A DNA stretch of 63,378 nt, counting the filler. It is 4 parts of 4 records of this genome, joined end to end, with 100 filler letters (N's around TTAATTAATTAA, not from the genome) between each part and the next. Parts side by side here need not be neighbours in the genome. Positions count along the whole stretch, not along the records: positions 9,651 to 38,620 come from SRR31156797_6456; 3 more parts are not named here. One strand, given 5' to 3'. Every line of letters starts with the position of its first letter. Positions within the stretch are counted from its first letter, which is position 1. The notes beneath the pieces were generated by a model, which did not search any database, was not told where the DNA came from, and worked only from the letters and a program-made list of their open reading frames with translations. Below, piece by piece: positions 9,680 through 20,448 of the stretch. Both the position numbers and the translations under genes were made by a program.

Positions 9680-9708
9680 TCAATATTTTATATTTAACTT
9701 TTTTAGAA

Positions 9709-9830
9709 CCTCGATGTGCTCTGAATCCCGAAACAATCAAAATTTTCAATTTTGTTTTGTTTCGTGGACTCACGATTTTTACAAAAAAGCGTAGCTTTTT
9801 AAAAATCGGAGCCAACTGAGCTAATCGCCC
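9709..9830 (-). pseudogene. Duplicated tRNA 5' half with an 86-nt double-hairpin insertion in the D-loop
   Basis: GGGCGATTAGCTCAGTTGG-[insert 9726-9811]-TTCAGAGCAC-ATCGAGG; no anticodon loop or T-arm follows. Confidence 0.75.
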
Positions 9831-9903
9831 TAAGTGTTAAATAACGTCAGATTTTTCAATCTTTTTGCCTGTGATAAATGTGTTTATTTCTCGTAGGCGG
9901 ATG

Positions 9904-9934
9904 CAAAAGTACACACATTTTTTTTACCGCCAAA
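9904..9934 (-). promoter_or_regulatory. Bacteroidota -33/-7 promoter facing the tRNA region
   Basis: Minus strand TTTG, 19 nt, then TACTTTTG (TAnnTTTG). Confidence 0.7.
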
Positions 9935-10038
9935 CTTTTTTCAAAAAAAATATAAAAAAATATGATTTCCATATCTCAATTCTTGAACAATTGTCAAAAA
10001 ATGCGACCTTTGACCTGCTAACCGTAAAATAATATAAA

Positions 10039-12237
10039 ATGAAAAAGTATTCGATAATTGTTTTGTTGCTAGTATTTTCAATTCAACTTATTGGCCAACA
10101 AAAGAAAGTTTCAATTGATGACATCTATAAAGAATATGCTTTTGGAACCAGGTCTGTTTATGGCTTAACTTCTATGAAAGATGGAGTACATTATTCTGCT
10201 CTCGTAAATAGAGGAACAGCGGTTGTAAAATATAGTTACGAGTCAGGAGAGGCTGTAGATACTCTTTTCAAAGTTGCTGATTTTAACGTAGAAGATATTA
10301 AAGGTATCTCCAATTATCAGTTTAATGATGATGAATCGAAAGTGGTATTCTATATCAATTATGAAAGAATTTACAGAAGATCATTCTTTGCAGATTACTT
10401 TGTATATGATCTATCTGCAAGAAAGTTAATTAAGGTAACTGAACAAGGTCGCGAAAGGCTTGCTACACTTTCGCCTGACGGGACAAAAGTTGCTTTTTTG
10501 AGAGATAATAACCTTTTTATTCGTAACCTTAAAAGTGATGAAATAACTCAAATTACTCAGGATGGCGAGCGCAATAAAATTATCAATGGTGCTCCGGATT
10601 GGGTTTATGAAGAAGAGTTTGGCTATAATCAAGCTTTTAGCTGGTCACCTGATGGTGCATTTATTGGATATTGTAAGTTTGACGAAAGTGCAGTTAAAGA
10701 GTTTGCAATTTTAAAATATAAAGGTCTTGCACCAGAATATAAAGATAATATGCTTTACCCTGAAGTTTATGACTTTAAATATCCTAAAGCAGGCGAAGAT
10801 AATTCAATAGTTACTGTCCATACATATAACGTTGCTTCAAAAGAGACCAAAGAAATGGAAATTGGTGAAGAAACAGATGTGTATTTCCCACGAATTTTCT
10901 GGACAAAGAAAGCTAATATACTTTCTATAATTAGATTAAATCGTCTTCAGAATCATATGGATATTCTGTATGCTAATGCCAACGATGGTAAGTCTGAAGT
11001 TGTGTACAGTGAAGATAATAAGTATTACATTGATCAGCCTCCATATGAGAATCTTACTTTTATAGATGCGGATAATTTCATCATAATGAGCGAAGAGGAT
11101 GGCTATAATCATATTTATCTATATAATACTTCAAAAAAAGAAAAAAAACAGATTACAGAAGGTGAATATGATGTTGTGAGTTATTATGGATACAATCCAG
11201 ATAATGAAATGGTTTACTATAGTTCAACAGAAGAAGGAGCTATTTACCGCAGTGTGTACATGGTGAAAACAGATGGTAAAAAGAAAACTAAATTGAGCGA
11301 GCAAAAAGGAAGTAATCGGGCTGCGTTTAGCTCAAATTATAAGTATTACATTAACTATTTTTCGAATTCAAATACACCTCCATTTGTAACTTTGCATGAT
11401 AAAAAGGGCAAGCAAATTAGAGTTTTGGAAGATAATGCCAAATTCAAAGAAAGCGTTAAAGAGTATTTTATTCAACCAAAAGAGTTTACCTCATTTACAA
11501 CTTCAGAAGGTGTTGAGCTAAATTATTGGATTATAAAACCAGTTGATTTTGAAAAGGGTAAATCATATCCACTTATAATGACTCAATATTCAGGTCCTAA
11601 TTCGCAGCAGGTTGTTGACCGTTGGGGGATAGATTGGGCGCAGGTTTTAGCCAGTGAAGGGTTTGTGGTTGCTTGTGTTGACCCACGTGGTACCGGTGGT
11701 AGAGGTGAAGAGTTTCGTAAAATGACTTACAAAGAGCTTGGTAAATATGAAACAATCGACCAAATAGAAGCTGCTAAATATTTCGGTGGACTCGACTTTA
11801 TTGATGCTGATAGAATTGGCATTTATGGATGGAGTTATGGTGGATTTATGGCATTGAATTGCATGACACAGGGAGCCGATTATTTCAATACGGGTATCGC
11901 TGTAGCACCTGTAACTAACTGGCGTTATTATGATAATATTTATACTGAGCGTTTTATGCGTAAGCCTCAAGATAATGCTGAAGGGTATGATAATAATTCA
12001 CCGATCAATCATGTTGAGAAATTAAAAGGTAATGTGCTTATTGTTCATGGTTTGGCTGATGATAATGTACACCCTCAAAATACATTTGAAATAACGGAAG
12101 CTTTAGTGCAAGCCAATAAGCAATTTGATATGGCTATTTATACCAACAGGAATCATAGTATTTATGGTGGAAATACCCGTTATCACTTGTTTACTAAAAT
12201 GATAAATTATTTTAAGCAACATCTTAAAACTGAATAA
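10039..12237 (+). CDS. Dipeptidyl peptidase IV (S9B)
   Basis: Signal peptide, DWVYEEE, GWSYGG nucleophile, DDNVH, catalytic His in NHSI. Confidence 0.95.
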   Translation: MKKYSIIVLLLVFSIQLIGQQKKVSIDDIYKEYAFGTRSVYGLTSMKDGVHYSALVNRGTAVVKYSYESGEAVDTLFKVADFNVEDIKGISNYQFNDDESKVVFYINYERIYRRSFFADYFVYDLSARKLIKVTEQGRERLATLSPDGTKVAFLRDNNLFIRNLKSDEITQITQDGERNKIINGAPDWVYEEEFGYNQAFSWSPDGAFIGYCKFDESAVKEFAILKYKGLAPEYKDNMLYPEVYDFKYPKAGEDNSIVTVHTYNVASKETKEMEIGEETDVYFPRIFWTKKANILSIIRLNRLQNHMDILYANANDGKSEVVYSEDNKYYIDQPPYENLTFIDADNFIIMSEEDGYNHIYLYNTSKKEKKQITEGEYDVVSYYGYNPDNEMVYYSSTEEGAIYRSVYMVKTDGKKKTKLSEQKGSNRAAFSSNYKYYINYFSNSNTPPFVTLHDKKGKQIRVLEDNAKFKESVKEYFIQPKEFTSFTTSEGVELNYWIIKPVDFEKGKSYPLIMTQYSGPNSQQVVDRWGIDWAQVLASEGFVVACVDPRGTGGRGEEFRKMTYKELGKYETIDQIEAAKYFGGLDFIDADRIGIYGWSYGGFMALNCMTQGADYFNTGIAVAPVTNWRYYDNIYTERFMRKPQDNAEGYDNNSPINHVEKLKGNVLIVHGLADDNVHPQNTFEITEALVQANKQFDMAIYTNRNHSIYGGNTRYHLFTKMINYFKQHLKTE

Positions 12238-12284
12238 TACTTAATTTGTTACATAATTAAAACATATTTAAAACACATAAAATC

Positions 12285-13745
12285 ATGAGTGAAGAAATTA
12301 GAAATTTAGAGCCCAAAGTATTGTGGGAGCATTTTTATAGTTTAACACAAATTCCTCGTCCATCGAAAAAAGAGGAAAAGGTGAGAGCTTTTATGAAAAA
12401 GTTTGGTGAAGATCTTGGATTGGAAACCATCGAAGATGAGGTTGGAAATATAATTATTAGAAAACCTGCTACTCCTGGAATGGAAGATCGCAAAGGTGTT
12501 GTAATGCAAGGTCACTTGGATATGGTTCCGCAAGCAAATAGCGACTCTAATCACAATTTCGAAACTGATCCAATTGAAGCATTTATTGATGGAGATTGGG
12601 TAACAGCAAAAGGAACGACTTTAGGTGCCGATAATGGAATGGGAGTTGCTGCTGCAATGGCTGTACTTTCATCAAATGACCTTGAGCACCCATTAGTTGA
12701 AGGTCTTTTTACAATTGATGAAGAAGCTGGAATGACTGGAGCGAATTATTTGAAACCAGGAATTCTTAAAGGTGATATTCTTCTAAATATGGACTCAGAG
12801 GACGAAGGTGAATTATATGTTGGATGTGCTGGTGGAGAAGATGCAAACGTTTCTTTGCCTTACACAGAAGAAAACATACCAGCTGGTTATAAAGGATATA
12901 AATTATCAGTGACGGGTCTAAAAGGTGGTCACTCAGGTATGGATATTCCATTGGGACGTGGTAATGCCAATAAAATTATGTTCCGTTTATTCAATAAAGC
13001 TATTGATGCACAGGAACTAAGAGTATCAGAGATTAATGGCGGTAGTTTGCGTAATGCAATACCTCGTGAAGGTTTTGCTACTTTAGCTGTTCCTTCTGCT
13101 AAAGCTTCTGAATTTGAGGCTTATGTGAAAGAGTATGCTGCAATTGTGCAAAAAGAGCTTTCAGGTGCTGATCCGGGTGTTAAAATTGAACTTACTTCTG
13201 TTGAATCACCTTCAAAAGCAATTGATAAAGATACTTTCCGTAAATTTACGGATGCTATTATGGCTTGTCCAAATGGAGTAATTCGTATGAGCGATGCCAT
13301 GGAAGGATTGGTTGAAACATCAACTAACCTGGCTGTTGTAAAAACTGAAAATGGTGAATTAATTGCACAAGCTCTAATGCGTAGTTCAGTTGATTCAGCA
13401 AGAGATGAATTAGCTGAGCGCATGATCTCTAATTTCCGCCTTGCTGGTGCAAAAGTTGAATTAGATGGAGCTTATCCTGGTTGGAAGCCTAATATGGATT
13501 CTGAAATCTTAAAAGTTATGCAAAAAACTTATGAAGATAATTGGGGAAAGGTTCCTGAAATTAAAGCTATTCATGCCGGTTTAGAGTGTGGTATTTTAGG
13601 TAGCGCTTATCCAAACTGGGACATGATATCATTTGGACCAACCATTCGTTTCCCTCACAGTCCTGATGAAAAAGTAAATATCGAAACTGTAGGGAAATTC
13701 TGGGAATGGTTAGTGCTAACACTAAAAAATATACCTAAGAAATAA
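12285..13745 (+). CDS. pepD: Aminoacyl-histidine dipeptidase (M20C)
   Basis: QGHLDMV, LGADNG, DEEAGM, IHAGLECG, HSPDE. Confidence 0.95.
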   Translation: MSEEIRNLEPKVLWEHFYSLTQIPRPSKKEEKVRAFMKKFGEDLGLETIEDEVGNIIIRKPATPGMEDRKGVVMQGHLDMVPQANSDSNHNFETDPIEAFIDGDWVTAKGTTLGADNGMGVAAAMAVLSSNDLEHPLVEGLFTIDEEAGMTGANYLKPGILKGDILLNMDSEDEGELYVGCAGGEDANVSLPYTEENIPAGYKGYKLSVTGLKGGHSGMDIPLGRGNANKIMFRLFNKAIDAQELRVSEINGGSLRNAIPREGFATLAVPSAKASEFEAYVKEYAAIVQKELSGADPGVKIELTSVESPSKAIDKDTFRKFTDAIMACPNGVIRMSDAMEGLVETSTNLAVVKTENGELIAQALMRSSVDSARDELAERMISNFRLAGAKVELDGAYPGWKPNMDSEILKVMQKTYEDNWGKVPEIKAIHAGLECGILGSAYPNWDMISFGPTIRFPHSPDEKVNIETVGKFWEWLVLTLKNIPKK

Positions 13746-13765
13746 TTTGAATATCAGTTTGTTAG

Positions 13766-13800
13766 AAGCCGTTTTGTACTTTTCAAGGCGGCTTTTTATT
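13766..13800 (+). terminator. Intrinsic terminator after pepD
   Basis: AAGCCGTTTT...AAGGCGGCTT hairpin plus T tract. Confidence 0.75.
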
Positions 13801-13978
13801 TGAAACCATAGACTAAATCATACATAATCAATCAAATAATTTTTATATTAGCGGACTTAAAATAACTATCATCATTTAAAACGTTCAAGATGAAACATTC
13901 ATAACAAATGAGGTTTATCAAGAAAATGGGAAATACTATGGATGTTACATTGGAAAAATAAAATCAAAATTAGAGCAA

Positions 13979-15364
13979 ATGAATCAAATTACACAGTCAC
14001 TTAGAGACTCAAAAACAGCAAGATGGGGAGCCCTTGCAGTGGTGTCATTTACCATGATGACCGGTTACTATATCAATTATGTGATTTCTCCTCTAAAGCC
14101 ACTACTTGAGCAATATATGGAGTGGAATTCAAAAGATTTTGGTCTTTGGAATAGTGCTTATGGATGGTTTAATGTATTTTTCTTAATGCTTATTTTCGGT
14201 GGAATCATTCTTGATAAAATGGGTGTGCGTTTCACAGGTAAAGGAGCTGCATTAACCATGATTATTGGTACCGGATTGCAATATGCTGCTATTACTGAGA
14301 TGTGGCCAATGGACGGGATGATTTTCGGTGTTAAATCCCAAATTGCAATTGGTGCTATTGGTTTTGCTATTTTTGGAGTTGGTGTTGAGATTGCTGGAAT
14401 TACGGTGTCAAAAATTATTGTGAAGTGGTTTAAAGGTAAAGAACTTGCCCTTGCAATGGGATTAGAAATGGCTACTGCTCGTTTAGGTACAGCATTGGCT
14501 CTTGCCGTTCCGGTTCCTTTAGCAATGGCTTTTGGCGTTGATGGTATTCCAAGTGTGTCAGCCCCTGTAATGTTAGGATTAGGATTACTTGTTGCTGGGT
14601 TTATTTCATTTATTTGGTATGCTTCAATGGATAAAAAACTTGAAAAATCCGAAGGAGTTACCGATGAGGTTGCAGAAGAAGATGCATTTAAACCGAGTGA
14701 TATTTTTGATATCATTAAAAATAAAGGATTTTGGCTTATTGCCCTTCTTTGTGTACTTTTCTATTCAGGTGTTTTCCCATTTTTATATTATGCATCGGAT
14801 TTAATGGTGCAAAAATATGGCGTAGATCCAAAATTTGCCGGATCAATTCCTAGCTTGTTGCCTTTTGGAACAATTATCCTTACTCCATTTTTTGGAAATA
14901 TTTATGATAGAAAAGGTAAAGGTGCAACAATTATGTTGATTGGCTCTGTCATGCTTTTAGTTGTACATTTACTATTTGCAGTTCCTGGAATTAATCATTA
15001 CTTGTTAGCAATCGTATTAATTATATTATTAGGTGTTACATTCTCTCTTGTGCCTTCTGCTATGTGGCCTTCGGTTCCTAAATTGATTCCTGAGAAACAA
15101 TTGGGTACTGCTTATGCTTTGATTTTTTGGGTGCAAAACTGGGGATTAATGGGAATGCCTTTACTTGTTGGATGGGTACTTGAAGAATATTGTATTATTT
15201 CAAGAACAGAAGTAGCAGGTAAAATAATTACAAAATATGATTATACAGTTCCAATGTTGATTTTTGCAGCAACTGGATTACTTGCTATTATTCTTGGATT
15301 AATGCTTAAAGCTGAAGATAAGAAAAAGGGATATGGATTGGAATTACCTAATATTGAAAAATAA
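13979..15364 (+). CDS. MFS transporter
   Basis: About 12 TM segments; motif A GGIILDKMGVR and GNIYDRKGK. Confidence 0.9.
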   Translation: MNQITQSLRDSKTARWGALAVVSFTMMTGYYINYVISPLKPLLEQYMEWNSKDFGLWNSAYGWFNVFFLMLIFGGIILDKMGVRFTGKGAALTMIIGTGLQYAAITEMWPMDGMIFGVKSQIAIGAIGFAIFGVGVEIAGITVSKIIVKWFKGKELALAMGLEMATARLGTALALAVPVPLAMAFGVDGIPSVSAPVMLGLGLLVAGFISFIWYASMDKKLEKSEGVTDEVAEEDAFKPSDIFDIIKNKGFWLIALLCVLFYSGVFPFLYYASDLMVQKYGVDPKFAGSIPSLLPFGTIILTPFFGNIYDRKGKGATIMLIGSVMLLVVHLLFAVPGINHYLLAIVLIILLGVTFSLVPSAMWPSVPKLIPEKQLGTAYALIFWVQNWGLMGMPLLVGWVLEEYCIISRTEVAGKIITKYDYTVPMLIFAATGLLAIILGLMLKAEDKKKGYGLELPNIEK

Positions 15365-15405
15365 TCATATAATTATCTAGTTTTGATAATCAATCAAAAT
15401 ATTTT

Positions 15406-15440
15406 AGCGCCTGATAGTTAGTCTGTCAGGTGCTTTTTTT
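15406..15440 (+). terminator. Intrinsic terminator
   Basis: AGCGCCTGA...TCAGGTGCT plus T run. Confidence 0.75.
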
Positions 15441-15582
15441 AAGCACTTTAGAACAATGTAATATCGTTTTGGTTGTATTCATGTCAATCTGCTTTTTAAC
15501 ACAATTAAGAATGAAAATTGGTAAAGATTTTGATTCCTTGAGAAGAACAATAAGATATAAAATAATAAATAAATAGATCACA

Positions 15583-17358
15583 ATGGATAGTAACAACAAA
15601 AAGCGAACAGGTAAACTTATTGCCATTCAGGATTCGCTTGTGCAAGCGCGTTTCTATGACGATGTCGTGATGGGTGAAACTGCCGAAATTGCTGTTGAGG
15701 GGAAGATGCTGCAGGCTGAAGTATTACAAATTAAAAAAGATGTGAAAGATCCGGAAGCCGGTATTGTAGAAATGCAGGTTTTTGAAGATTTAACAGGGGC
15801 TTTAATCGGTGATACTGTAGAATTTACAGGAAAACCTTTGTCAGTTCTATTAGGCCCGGGACTACTCACTAGTGTTTGGGATGGTTTACAGAACTCTCTT
15901 TACCCCTTAGGTAAGCAAAATCCGTACCTACAGCCGGGAATGAAAGCTCCTGCTCTGGACGAAGAAAAATTGTGGGATTTTACACCAACCGCAAAACCTG
16001 GAGATATCCTTCAAGGTGGAGATACAATTGGTTTTGTTCCAGAAGGTCGTTTTGAGCATAAAATTTTGGTACCCTTCGAATTTGGCAAATGCACGCTTGA
16101 TAGTATAATTGACAGAAGTGAAGTAAATATAAATCATGTGGTTGCCACTATTATTGATGGACAAAACAAAAAACATGAATTGAAACTCGCTTTTCGGCAA
16201 CCTGTTAAAAAAGCTATTCCATTTAAAAAACGCTCAATACCTAAAAAGACGATTTCTACAGGTGTTCGTGTAATAGATTTATTAGCTCCAGTAAGTTATG
16301 GTGGAACTGTTGGTAATCCTGGCCCTTTTGGAGCAGGCAAAACTGTAATGCAGCACACGCTATGTAAAAATGCTTTAGCTGATATTATTGTGATGGCCGC
16401 ATGTGGTGAACGTGCAGGTGAAGCGGTAGAAGTTTTTAAAGACTTTGCTGAATTGGAAGATCCATCTACAGGCGAATCACTTATGAATCGTATGTGTATT
16501 TTTGGAAATACTAGCTCTATGCCAGTTGCTGCCCGTGAGGCCAGTGTATTTATCGCACTAACTGTAGGTGAGTACTATCGCTATCAGGGTTTTAACGTAA
16601 TTATGCTTGCAGATTCTACTTCGCGATGGGCGCAAGCACTTCGTGAGCGTAGTGGTCGTCAGGGTGATATCCCCGGCCCAGAAGCTTTCCCAATGGATAT
16701 CCCTGATCAAATTAAAGGGATGTATCAGAGAGCAGGTGCTGATGATGAAACAGGAGGGTCATTAACTTTTATTGGTACAGTTTCGCCAGCAGGTGGTAAT
16801 TTCCAGGAACCCGTAACTCAGGCAACAATGGATTCTACAGGTGCTTTCTGGGGACTTTCACAGGATCGTGCCGATGCTAAAAAGTATCCGGCAATCGATC
16901 CATTAGCCTATACTACTAGTGTTTATGATAGTTTTATTTCACGGGAAGATAGACAAAGAATGCTAAGTACACTTCAAGAAGCCAATGGTATTGATCAAAC
17001 AATTAGTACAATTGGATTGAAAAAAGTGCCGGTTGAAAAGTATATTCTTTTTCAGAAAGGTTTGACGATTGATTTTTGTGTGCTGCAGCAGGATGCTTTC
17101 CATGATTATGATGCAGTAACTCGTCCAGAAAGGTTGAAAATCATTAATGAGGGCGTACAAAAACTAATTGAAGGTGATGTTCAATTTAGCAATGACAATA
17201 TGGATGATGGAGAGTTCAAATTATACATAAAGTCTAAATTTGATAATTTGCGCCAATGGTGGAAGGATTGGAACAATAATGCCCGTGAGGATGACCAAAT
17301 TGCTGCCCTTCCTCAAAAAATAAGTGACTTCATTAAACAAAAACCTGAAGAAAAATGA
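15583..17358 (+). CDS. ntpA: V/A-type ATPase catalytic subunit A
   Basis: GPFGAGKT P-loop, CGERAGE, NTSSMPVAARE, DSTSRWAQALRE, VSPAGGN. Confidence 0.95.
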   Translation: MDSNNKKRTGKLIAIQDSLVQARFYDDVVMGETAEIAVEGKMLQAEVLQIKKDVKDPEAGIVEMQVFEDLTGALIGDTVEFTGKPLSVLLGPGLLTSVWDGLQNSLYPLGKQNPYLQPGMKAPALDEEKLWDFTPTAKPGDILQGGDTIGFVPEGRFEHKILVPFEFGKCTLDSIIDRSEVNINHVVATIIDGQNKKHELKLAFRQPVKKAIPFKKRSIPKKTISTGVRVIDLLAPVSYGGTVGNPGPFGAGKTVMQHTLCKNALADIIVMAACGERAGEAVEVFKDFAELEDPSTGESLMNRMCIFGNTSSMPVAAREASVFIALTVGEYYRYQGFNVIMLADSTSRWAQALRERSGRQGDIPGPEAFPMDIPDQIKGMYQRAGADDETGGSLTFIGTVSPAGGNFQEPVTQATMDSTGAFWGLSQDRADAKKYPAIDPLAYTTSVYDSFISREDRQRMLSTLQEANGIDQTISTIGLKKVPVEKYILFQKGLTIDFCVLQQDAFHDYDAVTRPERLKIINEGVQKLIEGDVQFSNDNMDDGEFKLYIKSKFDNLRQWWKDWNNNAREDDQIAALPQKISDFIKQKPEEK

Positions 17359-18662
17359 TCAGAAAAGAAATAAATAAAATCAACGAAGTTGGGAAAGCAC
17401 TTATATCTGTTGAAGGAAATCCTGGTGTGGCCCTTAACCATATAGTAGAACTGCTCAATGCAGAGAATGATCAGAGTATATCTTTTGCTAAAGCAATTAA
17501 TATTACTGAGGACAATACAACATTTCAGGTATTTAGTGGAACTCAGGGATTGAGCACTAAAACTAAAATTAGAATGCACGAAGTGCCTTTGACAGTTGGG
17601 TTTTCATCTAAAATGCTAGGAAGAAGTTTTGATGGTATTGGAGATGTTGCTGACGGTGGACCTGAAATAATTCATGAAAAGCAACTTTCAACAAGACTTG
17701 ATACTTTAAATCCCACAGTACGTTTGGTTCCGAAACAAGCCATGTGGACTGGGGTACCTATGATTGATGTTTTCAATACACTCGTGAAATCTCAGAAGAT
17801 ACCAATCTTTGCTGGTCCAACTGAACCCTATAACCGTTTGCTATCTCAGATCGCAAAAGGAGCCCAGGCTGATGTAATTATTTTTGCAGGTATTGGACTG
17901 AAATTTGATGAATACCAGTACTTTAAAGATGAGTTGTCTTCTTCAGGAAATATGGATAAAACAATTATGTTCACCCACCTTGCCGGTGAATCTCAGATTA
18001 AAGGTCTAATGTTACCTGATGTAGCCTTGAGTGTAGCCAGAGAGTTCGCAGATCAGGGTCGCGACGTACTAGTGCTACTAACTGATATGACCAACTGGTC
18101 TAATATCTTGAGAAACGTAGCAAATTATCAGGATATGATTCCTTCATTACAGGGTTATCCAGGGTCTTTGTACTCAGAATTGGCCCGTAGATATGAAGTG
18201 GCGGCAGATATTGAAGGTGCCGGATCAATTACAACAATTGGAGCAACTACACTTGAATCATTAGAAGATCCAGTGCCGGATAATACAGGTTATATCACTG
18301 AGGGACAGTTTTTTCTTGAGGATGGTAAACTTAAATTAGCTCGCTCTCTCTCTCGTTTGAAACAGCAAGTGAACGGTAAGACACGAAACGACCATCGCGC
18401 AATAATGACAGTGATGGCCTCATTACTTGCCGATGCAGAAAAAGCACACGAAGCAGCAGAAGTAGGAGCAGCTAACGATGCTTTCTCTCAAAAGCTATTG
18501 AGGTATCGTGAAGATTTTATCAATAATATAGAAGAACCATTTGGTAAACCTGTTCAATTAGAGGAGGCTCTTGATATGTGTTGGGATGTTTTGAGAAAAC
18601 ATTTTGAACCAACCGAAACAGGTTTAAGTCAGCAATTGATTGATGAATATTGGAATAAATAA
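17355..18662 (+). CDS. ntpB: V/A-type ATPase subunit B
   Basis: SQKIPIF, TDMTN, GYPGSLYSELARRYE, PDNTGYITEGQ, SLSRL. Confidence 0.93.
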   Translation: MIRKEINKINEVGKALISVEGNPGVALNHIVELLNAENDQSISFAKAINITEDNTTFQVFSGTQGLSTKTKIRMHEVPLTVGFSSKMLGRSFDGIGDVADGGPEIIHEKQLSTRLDTLNPTVRLVPKQAMWTGVPMIDVFNTLVKSQKIPIFAGPTEPYNRLLSQIAKGAQADVIIFAGIGLKFDEYQYFKDELSSSGNMDKTIMFTHLAGESQIKGLMLPDVALSVAREFADQGRDVLVLLTDMTNWSNILRNVANYQDMIPSLQGYPGSLYSELARRYEVAADIEGAGSITTIGATTLESLEDPVPDNTGYITEGQFFLEDGKLKLARSLSRLKQQVNGKTRNDHRAIMTVMASLLADAEKAHEAAEVGAANDAFSQKLLRYREDFINNIEEPFGKPVQLEEALDMCWDVLRKHFEPTETGLSQQLIDEYWNK

Positions 18663-18730
18663 AGACAAAGTAGCGCCTAATCTGGTGCGCAGCGTCAATT
18701 AATTAAGTTCTAATTTGAAAATACACAAAA

Positions 18731-19336
18731 ATGGAAAAATATAAAGAAAACCTCGAAGGAGTCGTTTCTAAACTTAAAGAGCAAGGTATACAAGCAGGAG
18801 AAGCCGAAAAAGAACGTATTATTGAAGAGGCGAAAAAAGAAGCTGAGCTAATAATTGCTGATGCAGAAAATAAAAGTAAAAGCATTATTGAACAAGCTAA
18901 AAGTCAGGCAGAACAAGATAAAAGTAATGCAACGGCTGCAATTGAGCAAGCTTCGAGAGATATGATGGAAGCTACAAAAATTGCTATTATAGACCATTTG
19001 AAAGAAGCGTTTGGTGCACAGTGTCAAGCACTTTTTACACAAGATCAGTATCTTCAAGAGATTCTTAAGGTTGCAGTTGAGTCAATACCTGGAAACAAAA
19101 CTGTTAAAGTTGCAAAAGAGGTAGCTTCAAAGATGCAGTCATATATTACTAGCCAGGCTTTTAAAGATAAAGTACAAATTGAACCGTTGGCAGAAAACAA
19201 GGCTCGTATTGAAGTAAGCTGCGATGAGAATAGTGGAGTGCAATTTATACTTACTTCAAAAGATGTTGAAGATGGATTATTTGCATTGCTGAATCAAGAT
19301 TTAGTTGATCGCATTACTCAAAATAAGGAGGCATAA
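18731..19336 (+). CDS. ntpE: V/A-type ATPase subunit E
   Basis: N-terminal charged coiled coil (IIEEAKKEAELII); operon context. Confidence 0.8.
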   Translation: MEKYKENLEGVVSKLKEQGIQAGEAEKERIIEEAKKEAELIIADAENKSKSIIEQAKSQAEQDKSNATAAIEQASRDMMEATKIAIIDHLKEAFGAQCQALFTQDQYLQEILKVAVESIPGNKTVKVAKEVASKMQSYITSQAFKDKVQIEPLAENKARIEVSCDENSGVQFILTSKDVEDGLFALLNQDLVDRITQNKEA

Positions 19337-19338
19337 TT

Positions 19339-19839
19339 ATGGCAAGTCTGGTATATCTCATTAGCAGTATACCTGCGCTCAACTTTGATCAAGACCCACC
19401 CATTAGTATGGATGAGTTCTTGGCTGATGCTCAAAGAGAAGTGTCTAAAAAGCAGTTTCAAAGGCTTGAAAAACTGGATTTGCAGCACATCTCTGAGATC
19501 AAAGTAAAAGGTAAACTTCGAAAGTTTGTTGATTCAATTACCGATTTGAATGCTGACATAGCTGAAATACGCGATGCCAAAGAACAAGAGCGAAACCCAG
19601 GTCTTACAACACTTACAAGTGTTTTTATGGAAAAAGATCCTCTTCAAAGAGAAAAATATCTGATGCAATGGCAATGGGACGAACTTACAGATATTGAAGT
19701 TGATCAATATTTTACCTTCGCTAAAGTCTTAATTTATAAGCTTAAACTTCAAATATTAATAAGACTTCAATCTTTTGATCAGCAAAAAGGTGTGAAAAAG
19801 TTAAACTCCATAATTGACCCAACAAAAAGAAAGGAGTAA
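19339..19839 (+). CDS. DUF2764-like V-ATPase-associated subunit (C-like)
   Basis: YLISSIPALNFDQDPPIS N-terminus and YKLKLQILIR C-terminus; follows subunit E. Confidence 0.75.
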   Translation: MASLVYLISSIPALNFDQDPPISMDEFLADAQREVSKKQFQRLEKLDLQHISEIKVKGKLRKFVDSITDLNADIAEIRDAKEQERNPGLTTLTSVFMEKDPLQREKYLMQWQWDELTDIEVDQYFTFAKVLIYKLKLQILIRLQSFDQQKGVKKLNSIIDPTKRKE

Positions 19840-19843
19840 CCAA

Positions 19844-20437
19844 ATGGCAGGACTAAAGATAAAATATACAAAAACTGAACGAGCCAGACAGAAGAAAATT
19901 CTCAAGGTATCGCTCAGGATGCTCCCGCTTTTTGAAGCAATGGAGAAATCATTAATGGTAACTATTAATACTATTTCTGAGAAAATAGATGAAATAAGAA
20001 GTAAAATAGAAAGTAATAGCAACAAAGCAAGACCATGGTATGCTGTACTAAACGATGATTGGATTGATATTGCCGATTATATTTCAGTTAATGAGATAGT
20101 TACTCGTCCTGTTGATATTGCAGGAGTAAGGGTGCACCAATACGAAAGTGTTGATTTTGATATTAAACCAATTACAAAAGATACACCTCTCTGGGTTGAT
20201 GATGCCATTGAGTTTATGCAAGAACAGTTGCAGTTGCTTGCTGAAATAAAGTGCTTAGAGGAGCAAATTGAATTGCTTGAGGAAGAATTACTTGAAGTGC
20301 GTGCAAGGGTGAAGCTATTCGAAAATCGCCGTATACCAAATGCGCAAATAGCAATTCGGAAGATTGGACAAAAATTGCAAGATGATGAGCGATTGACAAT
20401 TGCTACATCGAAAGTAATGAAATCTAAAAATAACTAG
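19844..20437 (+). CDS. ntpD: V/A-type ATPase subunit D
   Basis: TKTE...LPLF, IAGV and RVKLFENRRIP motifs; ATG 19844 follows AAGGAG. Confidence 0.88.
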   Translation: MAGLKIKYTKTERARQKKILKVSLRMLPLFEAMEKSLMVTINTISEKIDEIRSKIESNSNKARPWYAVLNDDWIDIADYISVNEIVTRPVDIAGVRVHQYESVDFDIKPITKDTPLWVDDAIEFMQEQLQLLAEIKCLEEQIELLEEELLEVRARVKLFENRRIPNAQIAIRKIGQKLQDDERLTIATSKVMKSKNN

Positions 20438-20448
20438 GAGGTCAGCGA

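Noticed and set aside
9603-9815. 70-aa minus-strand ORF
   Set aside because: Overlaps the tRNA and tRNA-like sequence and runs into Ns; spurious
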